Assembly: GCA_047288015.1 (NCBI GenBank)
Contig: CM103819.1
Coordinates: 32,625,354 to 32,689,353 of the forward strand
DNA length: 64,000 bases
Direction of reading: 5' to 3'
DNA from: Mactra antiquata
Taxonomy: Eukaryota
In this document: piece after piece, positions 63,540-64,000 of the stretch
Numbering within the stretch: the first letter of the stretch is position 1
Layout of the letters: each line of letters begins with the position of its first letter
Notes under the pieces: model-generated
Database searches by the model: none
Seen by the model: only the letters and a program-made list of their open reading frames with translations
What the model was told of the DNA's origin: nothing
Program-made: the position numbers and the translations under genes

Positions 63540-64000
63540 CTGCATATATTGAGGTAAATAGCATTATCATAATGGATATAAATGTACAAGTTTGAGAATG
63601 ATTCCTGCCTCAGCACAGTCTCATTAAAATCAGGCCCCGGTGTCATGAAAAAAACTCAACTTCTCACTCAAACTCTATTTCATATTTTGATCATCAATTT
63701 AGCTAATTTCATCAATGTTACAATGAATCTAATACATGTGGCCATCGTGCAATGATTAAAGTCCAGGATTTAAACTTCACTTTAATCATTGAACAATTGC
63801 CACATTCTAATGACCACACGGCACAGAATTTCATAATAATATATCTCGGCAATTTATAACACAGGAATGATCATGGTATCTGATTAAATCAATACCCTGA
63901 TAAAAATTGCTATTTTCTATTGATTGTGTCTCCTTGACTATGTATAGAATCCTGCTTACCATTACAGAGTTTACAAACATAAAATATACCACAGGTAGAA

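Noticed and set aside
1-64000. Prokaryotic defence system or CRISPR array as suggested by the task framing
   Set aside because: No direct-repeat/spacer architecture and no operon-like gene packing. The sequence shows spliced introns, tRNA-SINEs, a LINE, a ubiquitin unit and a heparan-sulfate sulfotransferase, all of which indicate a metazoan nuclear origin.

Overview
This window reads as metazoan (invertebrate-like) nuclear DNA, not prokaryotic. It is AT-rich and repeat-dense, with spliced genes (GT-AG introns) rather than operons. I found no CRISPR array and no sign of a prokaryotic defence system.

Supported content:
- An intronless heparan-sulfate glucosamine 3-O-sulfotransferase (HS3ST)-like gene on the minus strand (378-1436).
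- A two-exon (at least) minus-strand gene of unknown function (exons 7053-7640 and 5879-6166). Its intron contains a head-to-head inverted pair of tRNA-derived SINEs that forms a palindrome with ~300-bp arms.
- Two tandemly duplicated single-exon genes (10395-11378 and 16429-17421, minus) for cysteine-rich secreted proteins with signal peptides. Their 5' halves are nearly identical and their 3' halves diverge in a mosaic pattern.
- A roughly 4.7-kb frameshifted non-LTR (LINE) retrotransposon (19028-23689, minus). It carries a nested SINE and is flanked by 140-bp direct repeats.
- A long multi-exon minus-strand gene (about 31.7-46.9 kb) encoding a proline-rich low-complexity protein. It has an internal P-stalk-like 'MGFGLFDDE' motif followed by three RNA polymerase II CTD-like YSPxSP heptads. 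Its introns hold a 1.4-kb 22-bp satellite, many SINEs and MITEs, and a 1.35-kb tandem duplication that duplicates a 42-nt microexon.
- A diverged ubiquitin unit (88% identical to canonical Ub; K48Q) on the minus strand (54044-54273), with a polyubiquitin-style acceptor immediately before the ATG. It is phase-compatible with an upstream acidic exon and a downstream terminal exon, so it may be a novel ubiquitin-fusion gene.
- At least four families of tRNA-derived SINEs in about 25 copies, about six MITE families, a (CATAA)n microsatellite and several minisatellites.

Many ORFs in the supplied track are repeat-generated artefacts. The track translates TTG/GTG/CTG starts as M, so an ORF 'M' does not imply an ATG.
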